From Oikopleura dioica (lineage: Eukaryota > Animalia > Chordata), in NCBI GenBank assembly GCA_907165135.1, contig OU015568.1:14953208-15017207 (forward strand): a stretch of 64,000 nucleotides of DNA. Direction: 5' to 3'. The notes under the pieces were generated by a model that was given only the letters and a program-made list of their open reading frames with translations, did not search any database and was not told where the DNA came from. Below are positions 25,826 to 38,245 of the stretch, piece after piece; positions within the stretch are counted from its first letter, which is position 1, and every line of letters begins with the position of its first letter. The translations under genes and the position numbers were made by a program.

Positions 25826-25855
25826 TCTTGAAAGGGATTATTCATAAAGATCATG

Positions 25856-26526
25856 GATAATTTCAAAAAAATTCTTTCAGGCATGAAAATCCTGAAAAAA
25901 CTGCGGGTGTAGGTCAATAGAGCTCGCTGAGACGAGTCGATTGCTACCTCTTGCTCCGAAAAACTCAAAGATTTTCGGCCCCTACGAGTGATAAGAAGGT
26001 CTCTTATCAAAAATTTTGATTCCAGCGCCGTTTTGTTCTAGAATAGCAGGAATCACGTGTGACCCCGGAAAATGATCCTCATGATCGGCTCTATTGACAG
26101 GCGAAGTTTCTGACCTTCATCATTTGTCCCGCCGAGTTTATCAGCAAAAACCGTTTGCGGAAAAATGGGACTGAAAATGGGCCGAAAATTAGGAACGTGC
26201 AGCTACAACAAAATGCATGGAAATTCGGTATTTTTGCTGATAAACTCGGCGGGACAAATGATGAAGGTCAGAAACTTCGCCTGTCAATAGAGCCGATCAT
26301 GAGGATCATTTTCCGGGGTCACACGTGATTCCTGCTATTCTAGAACAAAAACGGCGCTGGAATCAAAATTTTTGATAAGAGACCTTCTTATCACTCGTAG
26401 GGGCCGAAAATCTTTGAGTTTTTCGGAGCAAGAGGTAGCAATCGACTCGTCTCAGCGAGCTCTATTGACCTACACCCGCAGTTTTTTCAGGATTTTCATG
26501 CCTGAAAGAATTTTTTTGAAATTATC
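25856..26526. mobile_element. Foldback element / long inverted repeat (arms ~300 bp, spacer ~70 bp)
   Basis: 25856-26153 is the reverse complement of ~26226-26526 with only a couple of 1-nt indels; no clear TSD. Confidence 0.85.
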
Positions 26527-27289
26527 TTGATAAGCTTCCTGTTATTCCTGAACTGTAACAGCTTGGAAATACAACACTTTCTCTCTTTCAAAATCAAAAT
26601 TATAATCAATTGTACCCTCTTATTTTACCAAAAACCAAGTAAGTCCGCTGATTATTACGTAACTATTCTTCATCCCTTCGAATCTTCCCGAAATCTACAG
26701 TAAAATACTGACAACAAAGTTCTCTTTCCAAACTTTTCTCTGAACAATTGTCTATTTATCTCTCACAAAATCTAGTGACGGACATAAAGGGATGACACTG
26801 GGAAGCTCTGGTGGAGGAGGGGTAAAATCAGTTCGTTCCTCAAAAGAAGCTTGGGCTAGGAGACAGCGATTGGTGCCCAGCACCCGGACCAATGGCGCTC
26901 CATTTTTCCGGGTCGCTAAATTTTCTTTTCATAAAAAATGAAAGAAAGAAGACAATCAATGATTTACCTTTGCTAACCTTTTTTCCCGGTTACTGGGTCA
27001 ACGAGCTTTTCCGCCCCTCCCACATTTTTATCAAAAAATTGAGAGCTAAAATGAAGAAAATATCAAAATAGAGATATAAATTTAAGAAGCTATTAATTAT
27101 AAAATGATACTAATTCACCTGTTAGCTTTAACAGGTTACTGACTTTGCAATGAGTGTGTACCAGTAAATATTGATTTGATCTGATTATTTGACCTGAGAT
27201 TATTGACTTACTGTACTGTAAAATTCGCGTTTCTGCCCGTCCCGATTCTCCAATTTCTAAATTTTCCTATTTTTTATTCAGAGAAAAGA

Positions 27290-28485
27290 ATGGCAGCGAA
27301 AAAAGAAAAATCTGCAGCGGAAACATTTTTCATCGTAAGTTTTTTTAATGTTTTGGGAATCAACCGCTATTTTCGACTTTAGAACTTGATGCTTGGTGGA
27401 ACCGCTGGAGGTATTTCAAAGACTGTCGTTGCTCCGATTGAGCGAGTCAAGCTCCTCCTCCAGGTCCAGGATGCCTCGCATCAGATGAAGGGCGCTGGTG
27501 TCAAGCCCTACACTGGAATGATGAACTGTTTCTCCCGAGTTTACGCCGTAAGTTCTCAAAAAGTGATGAAGACTTTCCAATCATTCCTCTTTCAGGAACA
27601 AGGATTGGCCTCTTTCTGGCGAGGAAACATGGCAAATGTTATCCGATACTTTCCTACACAGGCCCTCAACTTCGCCTTCAAAGAGCGATACCAGAAGTTC
27701 TTCATCCGACACGACAAGAAAACCGACTTCTGGAAGTTTTTCGCCGGTATGTTGGCCGCTGGTGGTGCCGCCGGTGCTACATCCATGGCTTTCGTTTATC
27801 CCCTCGACTTTGCCAGAACTCGATTGGGCGCTGATGTCGGAAAGGTAACCAAAAATCATGCGGCTCGGGAACTAATGCGTGATTTCAGAGCGCTTCTGAG
27901 CGACAATTCAACGGAATCGGCGACTGTATGAGAAAGATCTACAAGGCGGACGGTATCACCGGTCTCTACCAGGGCTTCACCATCTCCGTTGTCGGAATCA
28001 TCATCTACAGAGCTTGCTTCTTCGGTCTCTACGACACCATCAAGGTACGATTTTTAACAAACCTTTCTCTCTATCTCTTCTTCATAGGCGATGGCCTTCG
28101 ATGATCCCAAGAAATCAAACTTCATCTTCTCTTTCTGCGTTGGTTTCGCTGTCGAAACTCTGGCTGGAATTATTGCTTACCCAATCGATACTGTCAGACG
28201 TCGAATGATGATGCAGTCTGGAGAGGTACTTGCTCTTATCATATGATCAAACAAGAGCCATTTCTCTTGATTCTGACAAAAGAAAATTGTCCTAAATTTT
28301 CTCTAAACATAACTTTTTAGGGCTCTCAACGAATGTACAGCGGTTCTATCGACTGCGCTAGAAAGATCCTCGCCAACGAAGGAGGTGTCCCTGCTTTCTT
28401 CAAGGGCTGCTTCTCGAATATCCTCCGTGGTCTTGGAGGAGCCATCGTTTTGGTCATGTACGACGAGATGAAAAAATACGTCTAA
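27290..28485 (+). CDS. SLC25A4/5/6: ADP/ATP translocase (adenine nucleotide translocator)
   Basis: [50 protein letters not shown] and the RRRMMM signature. Confidence 0.97.
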
Positions 28486-28933
28486 GACGAGCGATTTATC
28501 CGAATCCTTGAATCCTGAAACTGAACTTCATTTACGTATTTGCTCACAACCTTACTCTCCTGAACAATTCCAGAACAAACTGTATTTTAATTCAATTTAT
28601 AATGGACATTAGTTCCTCCTTCTCTGGCGAAATGCAATTATTTGAAAAGAAATTTTTGAAAGCCAAAAACTTACTCCTCCCCCTCTCTCTTTGTACTTTT
28701 CTTTCAAAAAAATACAAAACTGAACAATTGTGAAAAGACGCAACTATCGAAACTTGTTTCATTGTCCATGTGATATCCTGATATTATATCAGTGATATAT
28801 AGTATCGATACTATCAATAGATAGGCCATTAGAAAAAAAAATGAATTAATAAACAAATGCTTTAAATAAATAAGCAAGAAGAATGTGTCTTGGTGTCATT
28901 TTTTGCAGGAAATCTGATCCCGGCAACTTGTAT

Positions 28934-29093
28934 AGAAAACCTGAGCCAGGGTTTTATCTCAAATGAAAAGCCGCGTTCGAAATGGTGATCTTGTGAAGCC
29001 GCTTTGCGGCTTCGTTTTTTAAAAAACCGCATATACCGTATATGATAAACGGCTTCTCATTCATGATATTTCAGACTCTGGCTCAGGTTTTCT
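28934..29093. mobile_element. Small MITE-like element
   Basis: AGAAAACCTGAGCCAG ... CTGGCTCAGGTTTTCT perfect 16-bp inverted ends, with imperfect inverted sequence inside and an internal hairpin GAAGCCGC-TTT-GCGGCTTC. Confidence 0.6.
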
Positions 29094-29407
29094 CCGTAGG
29101 TTTTCAACATAAAAGGATCAATAATTTTATTCATACGATTAATATGTAATGTTGTTAATGATTCCAGAGGACTTCCGCTCAACATAAAAGAAATCATTTT
29201 CCTTTGATGAATAAACAGAGTACCTGAAGAAAAAAAAACGTTTATAAACGAATTTTTGTTGGAAGAGATGATACTTAGTTGTGATTTAATTTCTTGGGCG
29301 ATTTATCGATTGTTTTATTACAGTAAGTCGATGCGTAAATACCGATACGTAGTTCTTAGATTAGGAAGTCGACAAATGCCCATTTTGGTGAATTTTTTTA
29401 CTCAGAC

Positions 29408-30062
29408 ATGAAAAGTGCATCAGAGAAGTTCTTGTACTTTGCATTTGGTTCGAATTTACTCGAGAGCCGAGTAAAGATCAACTCCCCCAGCGCAGAATTC
29501 ATCTGCTACGCGACGCTCAAGAATTACGAGCTTGTCTTTGCTGGCTGGTCTGAAAGATGGCAAGGGGCTTCTGGCACAGTTCAAACTAAACAAAGTCTTC
29601 TGATAAGAAGTGAATAACTCATTGTTGAACTTGAAGTAAGCAACGATCATCGAAAGCCAAGAAAACGATGTGATTGGTTGTGTGTACTCAATTGATAAGG
29701 AAAATCTCGCAGAACTGGATCGTCAAGAAGGAGTTCATCAAAATATTTACGAGCCCTTGGAGATTTCTGCTTTGGGAAGTGATGGAAAGAATTATCTCTG
29801 CAGGACGTATTATAAAAAGGACGTGGCTGAAGGGAGAACGAAACAGGATCCACCAAGCAAGGTTAAAAATGCTGATAGAATATGTGACTCAAGTAATTTT
29901 TAGGCTTACGTGAGTGTGATCATTTCCGGAGCAAAAGAGCACAAATTCCCTGAGCCGTACATTTCCCAATTAGAAACAATCGAACACAACGGAATATTCG
30001 ACATTCCAATGTTGAAAAATATCGAAGAAGGGAGGAAAGAAGATGATGAGCCTGATCAATGA
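29408..30062 (+). CDS. GGCT: Gamma-glutamylcyclotransferase
   Basis: YFAFGSNL, WQGASGT, VIGCVY..L..LDRQEG, CRTY, PPSK.Y..VI..GA.EH.FP..Y. Confidence 0.9.
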
Positions 30063-30283
30063 TTACCTTTCTATTTCTGTACAAATTTTTAAAATACTCT
30101 ATAGATTCGAATGCTTTACTGAAATCAATAATAAAATCAAATTTTTCTTCCGAAAGTCATATTTTCTTTCTAAATTTTAGAATGGAAAATTGATTCCTAT
30201 TGATTCGATATTTTACCAAAAGAAAGACGCAAAAAGCGAAATTGAAGATGGCGGATTTTTGACAAAGACAGTATCGCTGTAAT

Positions 30284-31657
30284 ATGGACGGAAATATAAA
30301 ACTGGACACTGACAGTATAAGCATGACTGTTGTTAACATGACGGATCATGACAAAGAGCGTCTGGCGAAGGAAAACCACTCCGATATCGAAAGACGGCGG
30401 AGGAACAAAATGACGCAGTTTATAAACGAGTTGGCAGAACTCATCCCTGCTTGCAACAGTCAGGTACTCAGCGTTAATTTTTTCTTTCTCAAGTCAATTT
30501 TTGTAGCCAACGCAAACGAAGCCCGACAAATTGTCGATTCTTAAATGGGCGGCCGACCATGCCGAGCAACTTCCAGGCGCTTTCAACCGCGCTTATCCCT
30601 ATCTAGTCACGCTGGAAATGTTCGATCACATCATGTACACGGCCACGAGAGGATGCTTTTTACTTCTCGGGAAGTTTGATCTTGAAATTATCAATCACAG
30701 CGAAACAGCGGTCGAAATCTTCGGAAAAAGCAACATGACGCAAATGAAATTCTTGGATTTCGTGCATGAAAAGGACAAAGAAATCGTCAGAAATTTGGTT
30801 AGTTAATCGGAAAAATGCTTTTATTTACGATGATTGAAGCTCTGCGCGACGATCAATTTCGACCAGAATATGCTGGATATGAAGAGTTTCACTGTTAGAA
30901 CGACTTCGGCGCAGCTTCCAAGGGGGCCACCAATAGAAGGAGTTACAGCTGGCGCGAATAATAATAAAAGAGAGTGCATATGCAGGCTGAAGACTGAAAA
31001 AGCACAGGTAGAAACGCTCATATTTCCTAAGAACGAAACCAAACTTTTGCAGTTCTTAAACGCGTCGAACAGCCCTAGCTCCGCAGATGGGTATTGCGTC
31101 GCGACCATCACTGCTTCTTTGATTCCGGCAATCGAAGCTGGCCCCTACAATGAAACCTGGGCAGTGCTTATCCGCCAAGAACAACCGATCGAACCTCAAA
31201 CCAGCTCTGGCCTTGTACACGTCAATGGCGGCGCAGTCAATCCTCTTTCAAAGTAACCCTCTTTTCAATTTCAAATTCATCAATTCAACTTTAGATGCAC
31301 GGTGAAGATTGGCCTCGATGGCACGATAGCGTACTGCGACGATTTTATCGTGAAGTTGCTCGATCTCGAGGCCGGCGCGCAGAAAAGGATAATTGGCAAG
31401 AAGTTTTGGGAAGTGTTTTCTGAAAAACTCGGCAGCTCTCAAGCGGAGAACGATTTAAAATGTAAGTCCTAACAATTCGCCAAGATCTATCGCTCATTCT
31501 AGCGTTGATAATGGAAGGCTGCACGCGAGAAAGAGAGGCCAAGATCGTCCTCAACAAAAACGGCCAGGTGCTGATGTGCCTGCGCCCAATCGTGAACCCT
31601 TCCTCGAAGAAAACCGAATTCATCATCGCCAGTCTCAAACAAGTTCCACACTCCTGA
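30284..31657 (+). CDS. ARNT: ARNT-like class II bHLH-PAS factor, short form
   Basis: [33 protein letters not shown]...KPDKLSIL; PAS-A and PAS-B-like exons; PAC-like end [11 protein letters not shown] then TGA. Confidence 0.75.
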
Positions 31658-31658
31658 C

Positions 31659-32524
31659 CTAGGTCCGAAATCCCGCGTGTTTGGCTTGTGGCGTGTGAGT
31701 GGGGGCGCTATCCACGCCGCGCCAACTTTGTGAAGCAGCCCGCGCGCCGCAAAAATCGTGATGCGTATACGCCGCAAATCGAAAATGGCGCGCAACATTT
31801 TCAATGTGTAGCGTTTTTGATACTGGGCGAGCGCGCGCATTCAAAATATTCGTATATGCTACATCTGAGGACAATTATTGAACTAAACCACGTTAGGTTG
31901 ATAGAACAGATTGAAGATATTCAACAGAATAAATAGACATCGATAATAGAATACTTCTGAAACTTATATATACGAAGGCAACTATAGAAAAAAGCCATAC
32001 ATGGTAGTCAATCATGAGAAAGTCTCATAAAAATAATATATTTATGAGATTTCTCTTTAAACAAAAATGGTCAGTTTTGCCATTACTAATATTAGTAAAT
32101 TCTTATAATAACGAATAATTGGCACAGAAACTTATTGTCAATAAGACATTCACCAGTGTTAAAATTATCTGCGAAGACTGATCGAGAATTTTTTATTACT
32201 CTTGACAAAATTATGAAGCTTTACACTTCTTGAAAAATTTAGTTCAAATCACCCGGGGTTATTTGCATCAGTTTTAGCGCGGTAGGTAAAAGGAACCACT
32301 CGAATATTGGTGCGTTCCGGGGCTTTACGGGAATACAAGGCTGCCAGCACAAGCTTAGGGCCTACGCCTTGAGCGCTTGGCGCTAGTAATCAACCCTGGA
32401 AGCGAGAGCGGAAAATTGGGCCTCAATCGAGCCTGGCGTAAAATTTACGCCGCAAAATTTTTGCTGCGTGAAGAGCGCCCCCACTCACGCGCCACAAGCC
32501 AAACACGCGGGATTTCGGACCTAG
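31659..32524. mobile_element. Non-autonomous TIR DNA transposon (hAT-like by TSD length), 866 bp
   Basis: 51-bp TIRs starting CTAGGTCCGAAATCCCGCG (one mismatch); 8-bp direct repeat CTCCTGAC at 31651-31658 and 32525-32532; no transposase ORF. Confidence 0.85.
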
Positions 32525-32745
32525 CTCCTGACCAGTCTTCTTCTCAAACTACTGTTCTATAATATTTTAAATATTCTTGCTCCTCATTGTTCCTGCTTTC
32601 AAATATAAATATTTCTTGAAATCTGTCATATTCAAAAAGCTGTCTGAATAGAAGAGCTTTTTTTAGAGAAGTGTTTACAAAAATAAATCTTTATTTATAA
32701 ATAACTTATTTATATAAAGCCAGAAATATGTGCAGGAATATCGTT

Positions 32746-35700
32746 TTACAGCTTGAGAATATTGGTTATAAACTGGTGCGGGTCAAAGGTCTCATCCTCG
32801 CTAATGTTCGCCATTCCGCACAGCTTTTCGATGCATTTGCTGATCTCGCTTGAGCTCATCTTTTCGCCGAAATTCTGAAGAAGGCGTTTTCAAAGGGGAT
32901 TTTCAAAGAAGACGCAAGTACCTCTAAATTATGACGGAACTCTTTGTACGTCATTGAATCGCCCTTTTCGGACTCTAAGAGAGTTTCGAAAGCTTGCTGC
33001 ACGTCATCCATATTAATTTGATCCACTGAAGATAAAGTTAAAAATGCTCTTATGAAAACAGCTCTATCTTAAAAAAATGTAAATATAAAATAAGCTCCTT
33101 CTACAATTATCATTCACTCACGATCACTTGAGAATTTAAAGTCGACTGAAATTGATTTGAATTATTTCAAAGCCTAATTCTGGGGATGAAAAACAGCCTA
33201 CCTGGTTTGTGATTGACATAAAACTTGATGAAGTCGTCCATTTCGATTTCCTTGACTTGTTTCTGCGTCTTGTGGAACTGGGAGAACTTGATTTCCGTTA
33301 GAAGCTCCTCGATTTGCTGCTCGGTCGGGAACCAGCCCAGAGCGCGGACTGCTTCGGCGATTCTATTCAGCGGGATAGTTCGGGCTACATCACGGGTTAC
33401 TTCGGCGTTGAGGCCCTGCTCCTCCAGTCGGCAAAAGTAGAATACGTCTTTCAACAGCTCAAACTCGTCCGGCTTCAGCATGTTGTAGAAAGGAGTCATT
33501 CCGACGCCGCCGCGAAGTTTTTGCTCTTCCAAACTGTCCAAGTCGATGTCCCAAGCAGTGACGATTCCCTCGCCACAGGAAATGATTTTCGACTTTCAAG
33601 AGTTTTCAAGTTTTCTTTGTTGCTTTTGATCTTGGCAAAAGCTGATGCAATATTTATGCGGTACATATTATCAGAGTCAAGTTAAAACTCTTTCCTTGAT
33701 GGCTGTAATTGATGAGACGCCAGCGGGATTGGCGACAACTGCATATTCCTTGTTTGGGTTTCCATCAAGTGGCAACAAAACGACGCCAAGACAGGTCTCT
33801 GTCGAGAAAACAATTGAATCCGTTCCGCAAGGTCGCGAAATGAGTTCTGTGATCGGCGAGTCGTACTTGCTGATGCTGATCATTCGTCGAGGAAGCTTGG
33901 TGCTCTGATTGTAGAATCGAAATTTATATCTGTCGTTTGTCGTAAGCTAGGAATATCTTTATGAAAACAACGAAGAACCGAAATTTGTTTTACCAAGAAT
34001 TCTTCTTCGTCTTTATTTCCTGGATATTTAATAAAATTCGTTGGCGTCGCTTCGGACTCAATTCTGTACTGCGAGTGAATCTTCAATTTATCCTCGATAG
34101 CGTATTCCACCAGCTTCCGGTCGCGGCTGATTGACAATAATCGGTCAGTTCCATATTCTTGGATGAAGAGTAGACACTTGACTTCTTCCGAGTGAGGGCG
34201 GAATCTTCCCATGCATCTCCAGCCGTCTTTTGGACTTAAAAATTGATAGATATTTCGCTTGTAACTTGCTTTAATCTTACTTGGAAGCATCATCCCTTTC
34301 CCAGAGATTGACAGCATGGCTAGCATCAGAAGCGGCAAAGTAATTTCCATCGTCGTTGAAAGTTGTCGCCACAATCGCGTGATCAGAGCCTTGAAGTCGA
34401 GTGAACTCTTTCAGGGAGAACGCGTCGTAAATGATAGCTTTTGAATGGTTTTATATCTATAAAGGATTTAATTGCCTCCGTCTTAAAATTTTTTCAAACA
34501 TTTGATTTCGCGAATGTTTAAAACCAATTCCTTGACCCTTGCTGCTTCCAACGGCGACTTCGTTACCATTGCTCGAATATTCGATGCTTTGGATCTTCTC
34601 GCTTGTAAGTTTGACCTTCGATAAACACTTGAAGGAGCCATCTTCCAATGACATGAGTCTGAGCTCATGATCTCCGCTGATAATCACAAGATCGCGATGA
34701 GGATGAGCCTTGATCCTGACGTGACCTTTTGGTGGGCCTTCGAACACCATTGTAGGAACGCCCTTGACCATTTGATGCACGATGCCTTCGTTTGTGCAGG
34801 TGATAAATGGTGGAGCTTCGAAAACAGGCTGATCAAGCGTCGCTTCTCTCATTTCTGCCCCAGCGCCAACGGTGACTGCAGGCAAGTCCGCGAAAGTTAG
34901 CGAAACACAGCCGGCAAGCTTGGGCTTTTTCACCCAGTACAGCAATTTCAGCTCGCTCGACAAAAATCGGATATGGCCAGACAAATCGGCAATCGTAACA
35001 ACTGTGCCTTCTTTGCTCTCATACTTGTCAATCGTAGTGATGGGCCGCTCACTGAATCGGATGAGCTTCTGGCACCGCCAATGCCACTTTGGTCGCGCTT
35101 CCGAGGGTGGAGCGCGTTTGCACATGAGAACAGCGCCGTAACCGGCCCCGAGAGATGTGGCGATCTCGGTGTTTGAAACAAAGACAGATTGACCGAGAGC
35201 CCAGCCCTCGCGCATCGCTCCGACGTCGTTTTCTTCATCATCTAAAGATTCTTGTAATTGCTGAAATCGATCGCAATTAAAGATTTAGATGCTTTGGTGC
35301 TTTGATTCATTACTTCGTGAAATTCTAAGGCCCCACGTGACATGTAGTCTAACTTATAAAGAATGTGAATGGTAAAGAGTTTCGCTCTTCTTATTGATTC
35401 AAAAATAGCTTACTTTCAAAATTTTCTTCGAAAAAATCGGCTTGAAACTTTTTATGAAAACCATCAAGGTCTTTTTATCAATCATTTACCTGGAAGAAGA
35501 GTCTCCATATCATAAGTACAAATCTGTTTCTTGAGCAAATCTCCATCTTGATTGACAGTTTCTACTCTACTGTGGTACGTCAGGATTACGATTTTCTGAG
35601 GAAATGTGATGACCGCGCTTTGGTGATCGGCTTCGATGGCTTTGTTGACTGTGATTTTAGGAAGAAATCCATAAGGAATGACGGCGTTTAGTTGAATTTC

Positions 35701-36846
35701 TTCGTATTTCAAGGGGATGTCATCCGCCCAGCGCCACATGGTAAGTCGCGAGTCGCCATAAAGGACGAGCTAAAAATCTGTCATTTTAAAGTTCTCATAA
35801 ATGTTAATAGCTCATTCCAAATTGGAAGTCCCAATTCAAGTACAGCAAAAAAGCCAAAAGAAAGGATTTACGACCAATATATTAATGATTTATCGACGGC
35901 ACTGCCCAAAGGGTCGACGTGTAGTTATTGAAAAATAGATGAAGAGAGTCAAGATCTAATTAGAAATGATGATCACTACCAATTTCAAAGTCTCAGACAC
36001 AGATGATTTTCTTCATGATACACTTTCATAAAAATGTAATTACCAAGGTCGCTGAGTCGGTCGAGAAGCTGAGAGAAACGACATCAGATGAAGCTCGAGT
36101 GTCGATAGTTTGGAGACCTTGTTTTTGCTCCACATCCCAGATGATGATCGAAGCGCTGTTGCCGATTTCTGAGGAGGCGAGCCAGCGTTTGCAGGGCGAG
36201 ACGGCGAGATTTTGGACGATATTTCGATGACCGACGAGCGGGTAGTGTTTTTCGCTATTTATTGTCTTACGAAGGGACGAATATATCAAAAAGTTGTTGG
36301 TTTCTTGGGCACAGAATTGCCACAAAGAAAGCCTTGGGCTATGACCCAGAAACTGGTGATTGGATTAAGGGTTTAAAGAAGGGTTAAGAAATAAGATTCT
36401 TATTTTTGTAGAATGATGAATTACTTCCAAAAGGATTGGCTGTTAGACAAACCACAGTTCTCGTTGTTGTACTGTAGGACGAGTCTCAGGACGTTGAGAT
36501 CATGTTGAAGCAAATTGATGCGGTTAGTTTGTGTGAATAATCGAGTATTTGGCCCTTTCCTGTATTACGACGATGTGGTTATTTGCGTATGCCACAGTAT
36601 GTTCTCCATCTTGTGTCAAATCCACGAAACCAAGTCTCGGATTCACTCCGCAAACCCATGATAGCTCTGGTTTTTCAGTTCATTATCAAAATTATCTATT
36701 AACATAACTGTCAAATCTCGGGTTTTAAACAGGAGTTCTCCTAACTTACTTTCTCAGCAAATTCAAGTGCGAACTGTTCCTAACGGTCTTCTACTTACTT
36801 CGGGAGATTCTTGCTGTGCCGTCTTTGCATCGTTTTTCTCTGGCAT
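32746..36846 (-). CDS. CFAP251: CFAP251/WDR66 (WD repeats plus C-terminal EF-hand-like region), multi-exon
   Basis: GHRNIVQNLAVSPCKRWLASS, RFRPHSEEV, LLSISRDRKLVEY, and DVFYFCRLEEQG...RALGWFPTEQQIEELLTEIKF...FIKFYVNHKP. Confidence 0.9.
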
Positions 36847-36896
36847 TTTGAAAAAACAATATTCACAGCGCAGCGTTGACTAATTTTTCCCACTGT

Positions 36897-36910
36897 CGTC
36901 GGGGCAACCG
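36897..36910. promoter_or_regulatory. Possible RFX X-box upstream of ciliary gene CFAP251
   Basis: GTCGTCGGGGCAAC, a near match to GTYNCYNNRGYAAC, ~50 bp upstream of the ATG. Confidence 0.3.
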
Positions 36911-37262
36911 TAGATTTGATAAATAATCATTCTAGAGAATTTTCGAAAAAAATGAGTATTGAAGAACATTTACGGTAAAAACATAGGCTAGTTTGAGAAT
37001 CCTTGATTCAGCATTTTAGGATATCCCGGATAGGCTATCCGGGAACAGTTCCTTGATGAATTTGGTTATAAATTATAGCTAAAGTTCAGCCTGAACTATC
37101 AAGGAACTAAGAGCGAAAGTAGTTATAGTAGTGACTGTTGTTCAGGCGTTTTTCTCTGTCGCTCATTGGCTGATGAAAATGGATCACTGTTCCCTGGCAC
37201 TCACGGCCCGAGGCGGCTCTCTGGCCTGGTTTTGCTCTTCAGACTGCAATGTACTCATGGTG

Positions 37263-37336
37263 GGGATGACCCAAAAGGGATGAACCCAAAAAATGGATGA
37301 ACCCAAAAAAGGGATGAACCCAAAAAGGGATGAATC
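37263..37336 (+). repeat. Tandem array of ~4.5 x GGGATGAACCCAAAAA
   Basis: Directly visible 14-18 nt units differing mainly in A-run length. Confidence 0.9.
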
Positions 37337-37577
37337 ATAATTAGTGTTAGTTCGATTTTTCCATACTAAATTGATAAAATATTAAAATTCAATTTATTTA
37401 CATATTTACATATTTATACATTCAACTAATCATATTTTAGGTTTATGGTTCTTCGACTCAACAAAAATAAAGAAAAAAGAAGTTGCTGTGCTTTCAAAAG
37501 TGAAAAAGTCCAAACTGATCTGTTGGCTTGGAGCGAGTGACGGCGGTGGACCAGTGCTACAAAGCTGCGGATTAACC

Positions 37578-37616
37578 TTCACGATGTGTTCACGCTGTGT
37601 TCACGCTGTGTTCACG
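37578..37616 (+). repeat. Tandem 11-mer TTCACGCTGTG x3.5
   Basis: Directly visible. Confidence 0.85.
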
Positions 37617-37739
37617 TGAGCGCTCGTTTCTAGAACATTCGCTCCGCTGCATGGTTACATAAGTTGGAAACAGTAAGTTGCTTTTCTCTCATCCTTTTAA
37701 AAAGTATGAAAAAAAGGGTTTAGCTAGATACCATAACGT

Positions 37740-38245
37740 GATGCGCAATTCAACCTCAGCTACAGTCATCCTTCGTCCTCGCTAATTGCACAAATGAAGC
37801 GCAGTTTTTCTCCGTCCAGGCAACTGGATCTTGAGAGCGAAAAGGTACTCAACCCTTAAACCATAATTTGCATATTTCTCTATTTTATAAATAGTTTATA
37901 ACGAAAAAGGGCTTGACACACAAAAGTGTGCTCTACCAAAACTAATCGGAGATGCAGTAGCTAATATGCAATTTAGATAAACTTCAACCCAACCTCAATT
38001 CCAGCCAAGTTCACCCCTCGCCGCCGAAATCGCCTCAATGATTCGTCTCTTGCGCAAACTGTATTTTGAACGCCATAATTTGCATTTCTCTCAATTTTTT
38101 AATAATTTATAATGAAAAAAAGCGTTCGACACACAGTTACTTGCTCAAGAGTCAAATCAACCTCAGCCAGTTTCATCCCTCGCCTCCAAAGATCGTCTTC
38201 TAACAAACGTCATCTGTGCAAATAGTATCGCCAACGCCATAACAC
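37740..38245 (+). repeat. Degenerate ~170-240 bp direct repeat, about 3 copies
   Basis: Recurring CAACCTCAGC..AGT..ATCC.TCG (37751, ~37991, 38158) and CCATAATTTGCAT..TTCTC (37861, 38074). Confidence 0.55.

Noticed and set aside
25633-26010. 125-aa ORF as an ALKBH6 N-terminal extension
   Set aside because: Different frame from the true first exon (ATG 25825); it simply runs out of the palindrome arm.
32746-33030. Separate calmodulin-like gene
   Set aside because: These exons continue from the VNHKP exon and match the EF-hand-like C-terminus of CFAP251.
37263-37336. CRISPR-like repeat array
   Set aside because: No unique spacers; a simple tandem repeat in eukaryotic DNA.
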